Below are positions 21,388-33,473 of a DNA stretch of 64,000 nucleotides, in pieces (positions within the stretch are counted from its first letter, which is position 1; the number at the start of each line of letters is the position of its first letter). The position numbers and the translations under genes are program-made. This stretch comes from Clostridia bacterium (GTDB lineage Bacteria; Bacillota; Clostridia; Christensenellales; UBA1242): positions 2,639 to 66,638 of the forward strand of contig JAQVWL010000004.1 in NCBI GenBank assembly GCA_028709705.1. Direction: 5' to 3'. Below the pieces are notes generated by a model. That model did not search any database and was not told where the DNA came from. It saw only the letters and a program-made list of their open reading frames with translations.

Positions 21388-22665
21388 TTATTTTATTTGG
21401 TTATTTGATTTCAAAAAGTTTATCAACTTCTCCATAAGTATACCATTTTCAATGTAAACTAATTCTCTTTCACTTATGTTTTTTTTGTAATCTTCTAACG
21501 ATTTTTTATATTTTGTAGCAATTTCTTGCACTTTTGCATCTATTTCTTCTGGTTTTGCTAACAAATTTTCTTGTTTTATAAGTGCTTCCAACACCAATCT
21601 GGTTTTGACTGTGATTTTTGCATCTTCATATTTGTCTTTTTTAAATTGTTCTTCGGTTGATTTTGTATATTCATAATAATCTTGCAATTTCATACCTTGA
21701 TAAGACAATCTCATTTCAAAATCTTTCAAAAAGGCATCAGTTTGTTTTTGAATCATAATTTCTGGAACTTCAACAGTTGCGTTTTTTACTACCGCTTCAA
21801 TAATTTTGTTTTCGGTTTCTCTTTCAAGTTGTGCTTGCAAACTTTCTTCAAGGTGTTTGACAATGTCTTTTTTGTATGCGTCAAAAGTTTCAAATTCGCT
21901 AACGCTAGAAGCAAACTCATCGTTTAATTCTGGCAATTGTTTTTCTTCAACTTTTTTTAGTGTAACTGCAAAATCCGCTATTTTGCTTTTCAATTCTGGT
22001 GGATAGTTGTCAGGAAATTTGACTGTTATTGTTTTGCTTTCGCCAATTTTCATTCCAACAATTTGGTCTTCAAATGTGTCAACAAAACTTTTTGAACCAA
22101 GTTCAAGTCGGTGGTCTTCGGCTTTTCCGCCGTCAAACTCTTTGCCATCAATGCTTCCAACAAAATCAATGCAAACAAAATCACCCATTTTTGCTGGTGT
22201 TTGCACTTCAACAAATCTTGCTTGTCTTTCTCTTGCTTGGTTGATTTCGGCATCTATTTTGTCTTTTGAAACTTTGCCTTTTGCACTTTCAATTTCCAAA
22301 CCTTTATATTCGCCAAGTTTTACTTCTGGTTCACTTTGAACAGACACCAAAATTTCTATGCCATTTTCATCAAACTTTTCTATACTTAATTCTGGTTGAG
22401 CAACAGGTTTGATTTGCTTTTCTTTTTCCAAAATATTTTCATATTCTTTTGCAAAAGCAATTTCTAAAGCATCGTCAAAAAAAATACTTGCACCATAATT
22501 TTGTTCAATTACTTTTCTTGGAGCTTTGCCTTTTCTGAAACCTTGAACAGCAAATTTGGCTTTTGTTTCTTCGTATGCTTGATTTATATAGCCATTCCAT
22601 TCCTCGTTGTTTATTTTTATTAGTATTTTAAACACGTCTTTTTCTTTTTTTTCTAATGTGTACAT
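21388..22665 (-). CDS. tig: Trigger factor
   Basis: GFRKGKAP signature, FKBP domain (FDGGKAE..LGS..F...FE); start MYTLEK behind AAGGAG. Confidence 0.96.
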   Translation of the reverse strand: MYTLEKKEKDVFKILIKINNEEWNGYINQAYEETKAKFAVQGFRKGKAPRKVIEQNYGASIFFDDALEIAFAKEYENILEKEKQIKPVAQPELSIEKFDENGIEILVSVQSEPEVKLGEYKGLEIESAKGKVSKDKIDAEINQARERQARFVEVQTPAKMGDFVCIDFVGSIDGKEFDGGKAEDHRLELGSKSFVDTFEDQIVGMKIGESKTITVKFPDNYPPELKSKIADFAVTLKKVEEKQLPELNDEFASSVSEFETFDAYKKDIVKHLEESLQAQLERETENKIIEAVVKNATVEVPEIMIQKQTDAFLKDFEMRLSYQGMKLQDYYEYTKSTEEQFKKDKYEDAKITVKTRLVLEALIKQENLLAKPEEIDAKVQEIATKYKKSLEDYKKNISERELVYIENGILMEKLINFLKSNNQIK

Positions 22666-22736
22666 TTTTTTCTCCTTAAATGTTTGGCAAAAATAGAACA
22701 ATTTTCATTGTTTTTGTCAATATGTTAAAATTTTTG

Positions 22737-23126
22737 TTAAATAATTTCCCTTATCAAATACACCAAAAATGAAACAGCCAAGCCAAAGTATAACACAAAA
22801 AGTGCCATACTTGCAAACTTGTCTTTTTTAAACATTTTTAGGTATTCGGGATAAAGGTCTTGCGTTTTGCTTTGATATTGTTTTTTGGAAATATAGCCAT
22901 CTTTGTAGCAATCTGCCAAATATAAATCATAGCCATCTTTGATTTTGTCTTTTAAAAACTTGTACTTAAAAATTTGAATTATTGCCAAATTGATTAGCAC
23001 CAAAACCGCACTTCCAACAGCAAAATAAATAAATATTCTGTCAACAAACTGCAACAACAAAAACAATGCTATCAAAAAATATAGCACAATTCTTGCAATT
23101 TTTAAATTTTTGGTTAAATTTTCCAT
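22737..23126 (-). CDS. Hypothetical membrane protein (about 3 TM)
   Basis: Hydrophobic segments; start overlaps the stop of the upstream ORF. Confidence 0.65.
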   Translation of the reverse strand: MENLTKNLKIARIVLYFLIALFLLLQFVDRIFIYFAVGSAVLVLINLAIIQIFKYKFLKDKIKDGYDLYLADCYKDGYISKKQYQSKTQDLYPEYLKMFKKDKFASMALFVLYFGLAVSFLVYLIREII

Positions 23127-23392
23127 TATACAATCAACAAAACAACTATTGCAATTATACTTATAACATAAGTAATTGTAATGACTGCGTTTCTTTTAGA
23201 CAAAATATAATAAAAACCATATACTGCTGTAACAAAATATGCAATAATTTGAGCAACAAGACTGAATGCGTTTGCAACTTCAACTGATTGAACAAATATT
23301 GTTTTAAACAACAACGCAAAGGCAACTGCAATAACGCCCACAAATGCTAGCATCTTTAAAAACTTTTCAAAATTTACTTTTCCGTTTGACAT
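23126..23392 (-). CDS. Small hypothetical membrane protein (about 3 TM)
   Basis: AAGGAG SD; TAGACA-17-TATAAT promoter upstream; hydrophobic. Confidence 0.7.
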   Translation of the reverse strand: MSNGKVNFEKFLKMLAFVGVIAVAFALLFKTIFVQSVEVANAFSLVAQIIAYFVTAVYGFYYILSKRNAVITITYVISIIAIVVLLIV

Positions 23393-23451
23393 TTTCTCTC
23401 CTTTTTAACTTGTATGATTATACAAGATACATTCAAAATTGTCTAGTGTTT

Positions 23452-24393
23452 TTAAAAATTTTTTCTTAATTTTTCAAGCAAAACTATAAAATAATTTGGC
23501 AAATCAATGACAAATTCCATATCTTTTTTGGTTGTTGGGTGGTTGAATTTTATTTTGTAAGCAACCAAGTACTGCCCAAGTGATTTTTCATCGCTTTTGT
23601 AAACAAGTTTGCAAACACTTCCGCCATATTCAATGTCGCCAACAATGCTGTGATGTAAAATTTCTTTGCAATGCACTCTTATTTGATGAGTTCTGCCCGT
23701 TTTGAGATTAAACTCCACCAAACAAAAGTTTTCAAACCTTTCCAAAACTTTGTATTCCGTTATTGCCAACTTACCCTTTGTGCTGTCGCAAACCGTCATC
23801 AAAGTTCTGTTTTTCAAACTGCGAGCAATGTGCGTTTCAACAACCCCGCTGTCTTCTTTTATATTACCTTCCAAAATTGCCAAATATTTGCGTTGGCAAG
23901 TTTTGTTTTCTATTTGTTTTGCCAAATTTATGTGTGCAAAATCGTTTTTTGCAACAAGCAAAAGACCTGCGGTGTTTTTATCAAGCCGGTGAACAATTCC
24001 CGGTCTTAAAACGCCATTTATACCACTTAAATCTTTTATGTGAAAAAGCAAAGCATTGACAAGAGTTTTGGCAAAATTTCCATTGCCTGAATGAACAACC
24101 ATGCCCTGTGGCTTGTTTACAACCGCCAAATCTTTGTCTTGAAAAACAATTTCAAGTGGCAAGTTTTCTGGCATTGCTTTTGTTTCTATATTTGGCGGAA
24201 AATTTATCATAATTTGGTCATTTTCTTTCAAAATTTGCCCACTTTTTTTGGCGACTTTGTTGTTGACAAACACGCAGTTATTTGTTATCCAATTTTTTAT
24301 GTGCGAACGACTTTTGTCTTTGTATTTTTGTTGCAAAAACAAATCAAGTCTTGGTAGATTTTTGTCTTTTACAAAAAAGTTTTCTGTTTGCAT
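23452..24393 (-). CDS. rluD: RluA/RluD-family 23S rRNA pseudouridine synthase
   Basis: S4 domain, NKPQGMVVH, HRLDKNT, TGRTHQIRVH. Confidence 0.93.
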   Translation of the reverse strand: MQTENFFVKDKNLPRLDLFLQQKYKDKSRSHIKNWITNNCVFVNNKVAKKSGQILKENDQIMINFPPNIETKAMPENLPLEIVFQDKDLAVVNKPQGMVVHSGNGNFAKTLVNALLFHIKDLSGINGVLRPGIVHRLDKNTAGLLLVAKNDFAHINLAKQIENKTCQRKYLAILEGNIKEDSGVVETHIARSLKNRTLMTVCDSTKGKLAITEYKVLERFENFCLVEFNLKTGRTHQIRVHCKEILHHSIVGDIEYGGSVCKLVYKSDEKSLGQYLVAYKIKFNHPTTKKDMEFVIDLPNYFIVLLEKLRKNF

Positions 24394-24860
24394 TATTTTT
24401 TCTCCTTATACACAAACAACATAAAAACGCACAAAAGCACAGCACCAATAGTCAAACAACAATCGGCAAGGTTGAAGATAGGAAAATTGATAAAATCAAA
24501 TCTGATAAAATCTCTAACCGAACCCAAGAAAACTCTGTCCAAAAAATTGCCAACTGCACCTGCAAAAATCAACCCCATAGAAACTGAAAACAGTTTTGAA
24601 TTTGGTTTAAATTTTATGTTAAACACAACCAAGCCAATCAAAATAATTGCAGAAAAAATTGTTAGCAGAAATGTGTAATCGCTAAACAAACTAAATCCCG
24701 CACCTGAATTTTGCGTGTAATAAACACTTAAAACACCATTGATAATGTCAAAATTTTGGTTTGCAAAAACTATTTTGGTTATCAAATCAAGTGCCAACCC
24801 CAAAACAAAAATTGCTACTATAATTATATAAAACTTGTTGTTTTTTATTATATTTTTCAA
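24393..24860 (-). CDS. lspA: Lipoprotein signal peptidase
   Basis: NSGAGFS, GAVGNFLDR, VRDFI, FNLAD. Confidence 0.96.
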   Translation of the reverse strand: MKNIIKNNKFYIIIVAIFVLGLALDLITKIVFANQNFDIINGVLSVYYTQNSGAGFSLFSDYTFLLTIFSAIILIGLVVFNIKFKPNSKLFSVSMGLIFAGAVGNFLDRVFLGSVRDFIRFDFINFPIFNLADCCLTIGAVLLCVFMLFVYKEKK

Positions 24861-24873
24861 AATAACTATCCTT

Positions 24874-25230
24874 TTAATAACTTAACAAAAAAGTAGTGTC
24901 GCTTAATTTTTTTATGTTTGCACCCAAGCAATAACAAGCACCCCAAACAAAGTCCATTGCCCTGAAAATGTCATTTTCTGAAAACGCAGAAAGGTCAATT
25001 TTGATACTGTTTCCTGCTTTTAAAAAATCAATAGCAGACTGCACGCCTTGTTGGTTTTGTGGCGAAATTTCAACAACTTTTTTTTCTTTTTTTGTGTTCA
25101 ATTCTTGCAAATTGAACGCATTGTTAACTTTTTTTTCTTTTTCTTGTTTTTGGGGTTTTTCTTTTTTTTCTTTTGGCAACTCATCGCCTTCAAACCCCAA
25201 ACCTTTCAAAATTTTGTCAAAAAAACTCAC
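24874..25230 (-). CDS. sepF: Cell division protein SepF-like (divergent)
   Basis: Amphipathic N-terminus, RAMDFVWGACY resembling the R..DF..G..Y motif; upstream of lspA. Confidence 0.7.
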   Translation of the reverse strand: MSFFDKILKGLGFEGDELPKEKKEKPQKQEKEKKVNNAFNLQELNTKKEKKVVEISPQNQQGVQSAIDFLKAGNSIKIDLSAFSENDIFRAMDFVWGACYCLGANIKKLSDTTFLLSY

Positions 25231-25365
25231 AACATTTCTCCTAAACTATATAATGTATATATAACATTATTATAATATTTTTTCAAGGAAAATGAGATGA
25301 TGAAGAAAAAAATTTGTGGATTTTGTTAGATTGTTTAACAAAAATATAAAATTGGAGGAAAAATT

Positions 25366-25785
25366 GTGAAAATTTACAAGGTAAAAAAAATACCAAATGC
25401 TTATTCCGGATATTTAGATTCTAGGGCAATTGATGCGTTAAATACATTAAATTTGATAAAAAAAGAGTTAGAATTGGTTGAAGAAAGAAACTTGAACACG
25501 TCAAACACCAACGATTATGAAAACGAAATTGAAAATATTAAACTTTGTTTGAAAAAAGAAATGCACAAATTTGATTTGGAAAAAGTTTCTTTTATTTTAA
25601 AGTTTATAACCAACAATATGAAATACACGCAAGAAAACATTTTGCAAAAAAAAGATTTTTGCAAAAAAGACGACTTTGAAAAAGCGGTTAGAAACAATAT
25701 TGCTTGCAATGTGATTTCCGAAGTGTGCAAAACAGTTATTAGAGAAAAAAACCAACAAAAACACTTTGAAAAAACAAAAAGTTGA
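25366..25785 (+). CDS. Hypothetical 139-aa helical protein, paralogue A
   Basis: GGAGG SD, GTG start; similar to the next ORF. Confidence 0.75.
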   Translation: MKIYKVKKIPNAYSGYLDSRAIDALNTLNLIKKELELVEERNLNTSNTNDYENEIENIKLCLKKEMHKFDLEKVSFILKFITNNMKYTQENILQKKDFCKKDDFEKAVRNNIACNVISEVCKTVIREKNQQKHFEKTKS

Positions 25786-25833
25786 CATATTTTACATATT
25801 GTGCTAAAATGTCTGCAATTTAAGGGAGTTATT

Positions 25834-26253
25834 ATGAAAATTTTTAAACTTGTAAAAAAAGTAGACAAAGCAATAGACGAATGTATTGACTTGACAAAAA
25901 ATATTGCTTATGCGTCAAACGCAATAGCAATAGTCAACAACGAACTGATAAAAATTGAAAAACAAAACACTCAAAACACAAATTTTAACGAATATGAACA
26001 GCAAATAGCCAAAATAAAAGAAGATTTGGCAACAACATTTAACAACTTGGAATTAAAAGACCTAAAAACTGTTGTTTCGCTTGTTAATGAAAATTTGAAA
26101 GATAACGAAATGAAAATTGCTGATATAAAAACAAAGCCTGATGATTTTAAAAAAGCAATTAGAACTAACATTGCTTGCAAAATTGTTTGTGATGTTTGCA
26201 AACAAAAAATGGCAGAAAAAACACCAACAACAATAGAAGATAAGAGTTTGTAA
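25834..26253 (+). CDS. Hypothetical 139-aa helical protein, paralogue B
   Basis: AAGGGAG SD; own TTGACA...TGcTAAAAT promoter at about 25782-25810; similar to the previous ORF. Confidence 0.75.
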   Translation: MKIFKLVKKVDKAIDECIDLTKNIAYASNAIAIVNNELIKIEKQNTQNTNFNEYEQQIAKIKEDLATTFNNLELKDLKTVVSLVNENLKDNEMKIADIKTKPDDFKKAIRTNIACKIVCDVCKQKMAEKTPTTIEDKSL

Positions 26254-26259
26254 AATACA

Positions 26260-26289
26260 AAAAAAGTGTGCTTAACTGCACACTTTTTT
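26260..26289. terminator. Bidirectional intrinsic terminator between paralogue B and groEL
   Basis: aaaaaagtgtgc-ttaact-gcacactttttt. Confidence 0.85.
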
Positions 26290-26290
26290 G

Positions 26291-27889
<1,599 letters not shown>

Positions 27890-28177
27890 TTAATCTCCCA
27901 AAACAGCCAACACATCTGTTTGCCGTATAATAATATAGTCTTTGTCATCTATTTTTATATCCGTTCCTGCAAATTTTGAATAGATAACTTTGTCGCCAAC
28001 TTTTAATTGCATTTTGGTTTCTTTGCCATCAAGGTTGCCACCCGCACCAACCGCAACAACTTCTGCAAATTGTGATTTTTGCTGTGCAACTTCGGGCAAC
28101 ATTATGCCACCAACAGTTTTTTCTTGCTGTTTTATTGAAGATAGCACCACCCTGTCATACAACGGTTTTATTTTCAT
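27890..28177 (-). CDS. groS: Co-chaperonin GroES
   Basis: KPLYDRV, GGIMLP, VGDKVIYSKFAGT. Confidence 0.98.
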   Translation of the reverse strand: MKIKPLYDRVVLSSIKQQEKTVGGIMLPEVAQQKSQFAEVVAVGAGGNLDGKETKMQLKVGDKVIYSKFAGTDIKIDDKDYIIIRQTDVLAVLGD

Positions 28178-28322
28178 AAATTCCTCCTAGTTTACAAAAA
28201 AAGTATAATCAACAAAAAATGTTTAGTAAAGTGAAAAAAAAACCAAATTATTTCATACTTTGTCGATTTGTTTCATAAACATATTGTAAATAGCATACGG
28301 TAAGGAGCAATATCAAATAAAG

Positions 28323-29096
28323 ATGACAAAAAAAATAAAAAACGGTGGAAAGTTTTTGGCAATTTTTAGTTGTTTGTTAAGTTTTGCCTTGTGTTTAACT
28401 TTGGCTGATTTTTTTTCTAGCATTATCACAGTAAACAGTTTTGCAAATGTCAATATTTCTTCCAGCAAATGCAGTTCCTATTCAATTTTTGCTATTTCAA
28501 TGTTTGACTCTACAATCAAATCAAGTGCAAATGAATATGCAAACAACATAACAAAAATTGGTGGAGCGGGTTATGTTTGGCAAAAAGACAGCAAATATTA
28601 TGTGCTTGCAAGTGCATATTTGGAAGAAAATGATGCGAACTTGGTAAAAACAAATTTAGAAAGCAAGGATTATCAGCCCAGCATAACAAAAATTGATATT
28701 GGCGAAATTACTATTAACAATACTTATGTTTCAACAGAAAACACTGCAATTTTTAACGCCCTTAACATTTACAAAGTTGCATATTCCACGCTTTATGACA
28801 TATCAGTTGCCCTTGATACATCAGTCAGCAGTGAAACAGATGCTCGTTTGCAAATATCTGATTTGGTAAGCGAAATAAACAAAACAAAAGTCAATTTTAA
28901 TGCACTTTTTGATGCAAAACTGACAACAAATTTGTTGTTTTTAAAGTTAAGTCTTAACACAGTTTTGGAACTAGCAGATAGTTTGGTTTCTTTTCAAGAA
29001 ACAAACTCCCAAACATTCAGTTCAAAAATCAAATTTAATTATTTAAGCATTATATATCTCAATCAAGAATTGTCAAAAAATTTGTCAGCGGTATAA
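28323..29096 (+). CDS. Membrane-anchored hypothetical protein with SPOR-like segment, possibly sporulation-related
   Basis: N-terminal TM; GGAGYVW...YYVLASAY..ENDA resembles a SPOR fold; sigmaE-like ATA-16-CATA upstream (28253-28281). Confidence 0.55.
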   Translation: MTKKIKNGGKFLAIFSCLLSFALCLTLADFFSSIITVNSFANVNISSSKCSSYSIFAISMFDSTIKSSANEYANNITKIGGAGYVWQKDSKYYVLASAYLEENDANLVKTNLESKDYQPSITKIDIGEITINNTYVSTENTAIFNALNIYKVAYSTLYDISVALDTSVSSETDARLQISDLVSEINKTKVNFNALFDAKLTTNLLFLKLSLNTVLELADSLVSFQETNSQTFSSKIKFNYLSIIYLNQELSKNLSAV

Positions 29097-29896
29097 ATTT
29101 TTTTAAAATAATTTAACAAGTTTTGTTTTTTTGACACATCGCCATCAGTTGATATTATTTTCAAGTTGTTTTGCAAGTCAAATTTTTTGCTAGACTTTTT
29201 TGCTTCAACAATTTTAAAAACTTGTTTTGCTACTGCCTTGCTACCATCAAAAAAACTTATATTTGAACCCAAAATATTTTTTAGTTGTGGTTTTATTGCC
29301 AAAAAATGCGTGCAACCCAGAACAATATTGTCACATTTTTTGTAAATATCCTTGCCAAAAACTGCTTTTAATTTTTCTGTTAAACAATCTAAATTATCCC
29401 AATTTTTGTCAATTTCTTGAGGTAAGTTTGGAACAAAAACTTTGTGCGTTTTGTCTTTACTTTTGTATATCAATTTTTGTTTTTTGTATTCTTTTTTTAA
29501 TTGTTTGTCAACTTTTTTGTTGAGGTTGTTATAAAATTTTAAGGTGCTTTTTGTTGCAAATATTATCATATCCCCGCCAAAAATTTTGGCTTGTTTTAAA
29601 GCAGGTTCTACCCCCACAAATTTCAAATTGTATTTTTTTCTGATTTGATTTATTGTGTTGACTGTCAAGGTATTGCAAGCAAAAACTATTGCTTGCGGGC
29701 GATACTGCCTGTTTATATTTTCTATTAACCCACACGCAATTTTATACAGTGCTTTTTTGCTTTTGTTGCCATAAGGTGCATTAAAAAAATCTGCCACATA
29801 AACAAATTTATAACTTGGCAAAATTTTTTGGCACTCGTTTAAAATATGCAAGCCACCCAACCCGCTGTCAATAATTGCAATGGTTTTTTTTCTCAC
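29063..29896 (-). CDS. murI: Glutamate racemase
   Basis: DSGLGG, PYGNKS, ACNT and LGCTHF catalytic cysteines; probable GTG start at 29896. Confidence 0.93.
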   Translation of the reverse strand: MRKKTIAIIDSGLGGLHILNECQKILPSYKFVYVADFFNAPYGNKSKKALYKIACGLIENINRQYRPQAIVFACNTLTVNTINQIRKKYNLKFVGVEPALKQAKIFGGDMIIFATKSTLKFYNNLNKKVDKQLKKEYKKQKLIYKSKDKTHKVFVPNLPQEIDKNWDNLDCLTEKLKAVFGKDIYKKCDNIVLGCTHFLAIKPQLKNILGSNISFFDGSKAVAKQVFKIVEAKKSSKKFDLQNNLKIISTDGDVSKKQNLLNYFKKIYTADKFFDNS

Positions 29897-30048
29897 ATAA
29901 AACTTATATGACAAAGAAATAAAATTAGTTAAAACAAAAAAACAAAAACAAGTCAAAAAATTGAAATTTAAAAACTTTTATTTAAAAAAGTACTTGATTT
30001 TGACATTTGTTTATGCTAGACTAGTCGCATAATTTAAAGGAGAAAATA

Positions 30049-30321
30049 ATGCCAAATATCAAATCAGCGATTAAAAGAGTAGAAATAGCAAAACAAAACA
30101 GATTGAGAAACAAATCAGAAAAATCAAAAATTGCTACTTTTATTAAAAAATTTAAAAAAGCGATTGCAGAAAAAGACCTTGAAAATGCCGAAACACTTTA
30201 CAAAACTGTTGTTGGGCTTATGGACAGTGCTGCGATTGATAATGTTATTCACAAAAACAGTGCAAGCAGAAAGTCTGCTCATTTTGCAAAAATATTAGAC
30301 AATGCAAAAAAACAAAAATAA
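30049..30321 (+). CDS. rpsT: 30S ribosomal protein S20
   Basis: MPNIKSAIKR, IHKNSASRK. Confidence 0.97.
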   Translation: MPNIKSAIKRVEIAKQNRLRNKSEKSKIATFIKKFKKAIAEKDLENAETLYKTVVGLMDSAAIDNVIHKNSASRKSAHFAKILDNAKKQK

Positions 30322-30343
30322 AATTTTTTAAAAAGTTTTTTTC

Positions 30344-30372
30344 AAAAAGGTGCTTCAAAAAGCACTTTTTTT
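30344..30372 (+). terminator. Intrinsic terminator after rpsT
   Basis: aaaaggtgctt-caa-aagcactttttt. Confidence 0.75.
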
Positions 30373-30446
30373 ATGATTTTGCTTTATTTTTTTTATATAT
30401 AGTAGTATAATATAACTTATTATGAAAGAATTAATTAGGAGAAAAT

Positions 30447-31733
30447 ATGAGAACATTGATTAAGGACCTTAAAAATGGCGAACAAGTAGAAATATCAGGT
30501 TTTATTGAAAAATTTAGAGACCAAAAAAGTATTCAATTTATTGTTTTGCGAGATATCAGCGGAGCAATTCAAATAACCGTTGACAAAAATTCCAACCCAC
30601 AACTTTTGCCCATAACCGAGCAATTTACCATCAACAGTTTTGTCACCATCAAAGGCAAGGTCGTTGAAAATGCGTTTGTCAAACTTGGCGGAAAAGAAAT
30701 TTTGCCAACCGAAATTGTTATTGAAAGCATTGCCGAAACCTTGCCAATTGACAATGAAAGCAATATCGACCAAAAACTTGACTATCGCTGGATAGACTTG
30801 CGAACACCAAAAAATGCACTTATGATGAAAGTGCAAACTCTTTTTGTTCAATCTGCAAGAAAGTTTTTGTGCGATGCAAATTTTGTTGAAATGCACTCAC
30901 CAAAAATTATATCACAACCAAGTGAAAGCGGTTCTGACCTTTTCACGCTTGATTATTTTGGCGAAAAAGCATATCTAACACAATCTCCACAATTTTACAA
31001 ACAAATGGCAATGTCAAGCGGGCTTGACCGCATTTTTGAAATCGGACCAGTTTTTAGGGCAGAAAAAAGTTTTACCAACCGCCACACAACTGAATTTACG
31101 GGGCTTGATATTGAAATGTCTTGGGTCAAAGATGTTGAAGAAGTTATGGCTTTTGAAGAAGAACTTTTGACATATTCAATGAAAGCAATAAAAGAAACTT
31201 ATGGCGAAGAAATACAAAAACTTTTTGGTGTTGAAATTGTTGTTCCAAAACTTCCATTCCCCCGCTTAAAAATGAAAGATGCCATAGAAATTTTGCAAGA
31301 TTTGGACTATGACATTGAATTTGGCGAAGATTTTGCCACCGAACACGAAAAAGCACTTGGTGAATACTTGACAAAAAAGAACGGGCACGAGTTTTATTTT
31401 ATAACAGACTACCCCGCAGATATAAGGGCTTTTTATCATATGCGAAATGGCAATTCCAACATTGCCAAAGGTTATGATTTGTACTTTAAGGGTATGGAAA
31501 TCACAACAGGTGCAGTTCGAGAACACCGCTATGAAATTTTGACAAAACAAGCACTCGCAAAAGGCAATTCGCAAGAAAAAATTCAATTTTATTTAGACTT
31601 TTTCAAATATGGTTGCCCACCACACGGCGGGTTTGGACTAGGACTTGACCGCATTACAATGCTTTTGCTTAACATACCAAGCATAAAAGAATCAATGTAT
31701 ATATTTAGAGGACCAACTCGAATAAAACCTTAA
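30447..31733 (+). CDS. aspS: Archaeal-type (non-discriminating) aspartyl-tRNA synthetase
   Basis: Short 428 aa; YRWIDLR, LTQSPQFYKQ, FRAE, PPHGGFGLGLDR; upstream of gatCAB. Confidence 0.93.
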   Translation: MRTLIKDLKNGEQVEISGFIEKFRDQKSIQFIVLRDISGAIQITVDKNSNPQLLPITEQFTINSFVTIKGKVVENAFVKLGGKEILPTEIVIESIAETLPIDNESNIDQKLDYRWIDLRTPKNALMMKVQTLFVQSARKFLCDANFVEMHSPKIISQPSESGSDLFTLDYFGEKAYLTQSPQFYKQMAMSSGLDRIFEIGPVFRAEKSFTNRHTTEFTGLDIEMSWVKDVEEVMAFEEELLTYSMKAIKETYGEEIQKLFGVEIVVPKLPFPRLKMKDAIEILQDLDYDIEFGEDFATEHEKALGEYLTKKNGHEFYFITDYPADIRAFYHMRNGNSNIAKGYDLYFKGMEITTGAVREHRYEILTKQALAKGNSQEKIQFYLDFFKYGCPPHGGFGLGLDRITMLLLNIPSIKESMYIFRGPTRIKP

Positions 31734-31749
31734 AAAATTAGGAGTAAAT

Positions 31750-32034
31750 ATGAAAATCACAATAAAAGAAATTGAACATTTGGCTTCGCTTTCCGCACTT
31801 GATTTTTCTGCCGAAGAAAAAGAAAAGTTTGTAAAGGACCTTGGCAATATTTTGGAAATGGTAAACAAACTTCAAACCGCAGAAACGGGCGATGATTTGG
31901 TTTTTAATAAAAGCCACAAACTTAGTCAATTGAGAGAAGACATTGCCGAAGAAAGTTTGCCACAAGAAGAAATATTGAAAAATGCACCAAAACAAAGACG
32001 CGGTTGTTTTAATGTGCCATTGGTGGTGGAATAA
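31750..32034 (+). CDS. gatC: Asp/Glu-tRNA amidotransferase subunit C
   Basis: HLASLSAL, LRED, NAP, F.VP.VVE. Confidence 0.93.
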   Translation: MKITIKEIEHLASLSALDFSAEEKEKFVKDLGNILEMVNKLQTAETGDDLVFNKSHKLSQLREDIAEESLPQEEILKNAPKQRRGCFNVPLVVE

Positions 32035-33473
32035 TGAAATTTGAAAATTTATCTGCAATAGAAATTGCACAAAAAATAAAAAACAAAGAATTTTCTTGCA
32101 AATCATTGGTTGAATATTATCTTGGCAGAATTGAAAAATTTAAAGATAAAAACGCTATTTTGGAAGTGTTCGAAGATGCTATTGAAAAAGCGGAAGAAAT
32201 TGACAAAAAAGTAAAAAACAATGAAGAATTGCCAACCCTTTGCGGTGTGCCAATTATTATCAAAGACAATATTTTATACAAAGGCAAAATTGCAAGTTGT
32301 GGTTCAAAATTTATGAAAAATTTTGTTGCACAATACAATTCAACTGTTATGCAAAAACTTTTGGATAGTGGCGTTGTTGTGCTTGCAAGAGCAAATATGG
32401 ACGAGTTTGCAATGGGCGGAAGTTGTGAAAATTCTGCTTTTGGACCTTGCAAAAACGCTTTTGATGACAAGCGAGTTTCAGGTGGAAGCAGTGGTGGAAG
32501 CGCTGTTGCAGTTGCACTTGATATGTGTGCGTTTGCCTTGGGTAGCGACACAGGTGGTTCAATCAGACAACCTTCTGCATTTAACGGTCTTGTTGGCATA
32601 AAACCTACTTATGGCAGAGTTTCAAGGTATGGTTTGGTCGCATATGCAAGCAGTTTTGACCAAATATCCCCTATCACAAAAACAGTTGAAGACAATGCTT
32701 TGATTTTGAGCATAATTTCAGGAAAAGATAGCAAAGATGAAACCGCTTTGCAAGACAAAGTTCCAAATTATTTGCAAGAAATTAAAGGCAATATCAAGGG
32801 CTTGCGTGTTGGAGTTTTAAAAGAAACAAATCAACTTATTGGCAAAACAGATTACAAAAGCAAATATCAAAACATTGAAAATTGGTTCAAAGAAAAAGAT
32901 GCTTCGGTTCAAGAGTTTTCTGTTCCTTATTTTGACCTTTGCTTGCCAATTTATTACACTTTGACCGCCGCGGAGGCTTGTTCTAACCTTGGCAGATTTG
33001 ATGGTGTAAAATATACAACTCGAAGTCAAAATGCCGAAGATTTAGACAGTCTTTATTTGCACAGCAGAACAGAGGGTTTTGGCAAAGAAGTGCAAAGAAG
33101 AATTATGCTTGGAAACTTTGTTTTGAGCAGTGGTTTTTATGATGCTTATTATATGAAAGCAATGAAAGTTAGAAAAGCACTTCAAAACCAATTTAAAGAC
33201 ATTTTCAAAAAATGTGATATTTTAATTTTGCCAACCGCTTTTGGCGAAGCGTTTGAAATTGGTTCAAAATCTGACAACCCTGTTGAAATGTATGTTGAAG
33301 ATATGTTTACCACACTTGCAAACATTATTGGCAACCCTGCAATGTCTGTTCCTTGCGGAAAGGGCAAAAACAATTTGCCACTTGGGCTTCAAATAATTGC
33401 CGACAATCTTAATGAAAGCACGCTTTATAACGTTGCTCGTTATTTTGAAAAAAATTTTAAGGAGGGCAAATAA
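32034..33473 (+). CDS. gatA: Asp/Glu-tRNA amidotransferase subunit A
   Basis: NMDEFAMG, GGSSGGSA, GSDTGGSIRQP, RRIMLG. Confidence 0.97.
   Translation: MKFENLSAIEIAQKIKNKEFSCKSLVEYYLGRIEKFKDKNAILEVFEDAIEKAEEIDKKVKNNEELPTLCGVPIIIKDNILYKGKIASCGSKFMKNFVAQYNSTVMQKLLDSGVVVLARANMDEFAMGGSCENSAFGPCKNAFDDKRVSGGSSGGSAVAVALDMCAFALGSDTGGSIRQPSAFNGLVGIKPTYGRVSRYGLVAYASSFDQISPITKTVEDNALILSIISGKDSKDETALQDKVPNYLQEIKGNIKGLRVGVLKETNQLIGKTDYKSKYQNIENWFKEKDASVQEFSVPYFDLCLPIYYTLTAAEACSNLGRFDGVKYTTRSQNAEDLDSLYLHSRTEGFGKEVQRRIMLGNFVLSSGFYDAYYMKAMKVRKALQNQFKDIFKKCDILILPTAFGEAFEIGSKSDNPVEMYVEDMFTTLANIIGNPAMSVPCGKGKNNLPLGLQIIADNLNESTLYNVARYFEKNFKEGK

Noticed and set aside
30322-30446. T-box riboswitch upstream of aspS-gatCAB
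   Set aside because: The intergenic region is short and AT-rich, holds only the rpsT terminator and a promoter, and has no GGTGGNACCGCG T-box motif.
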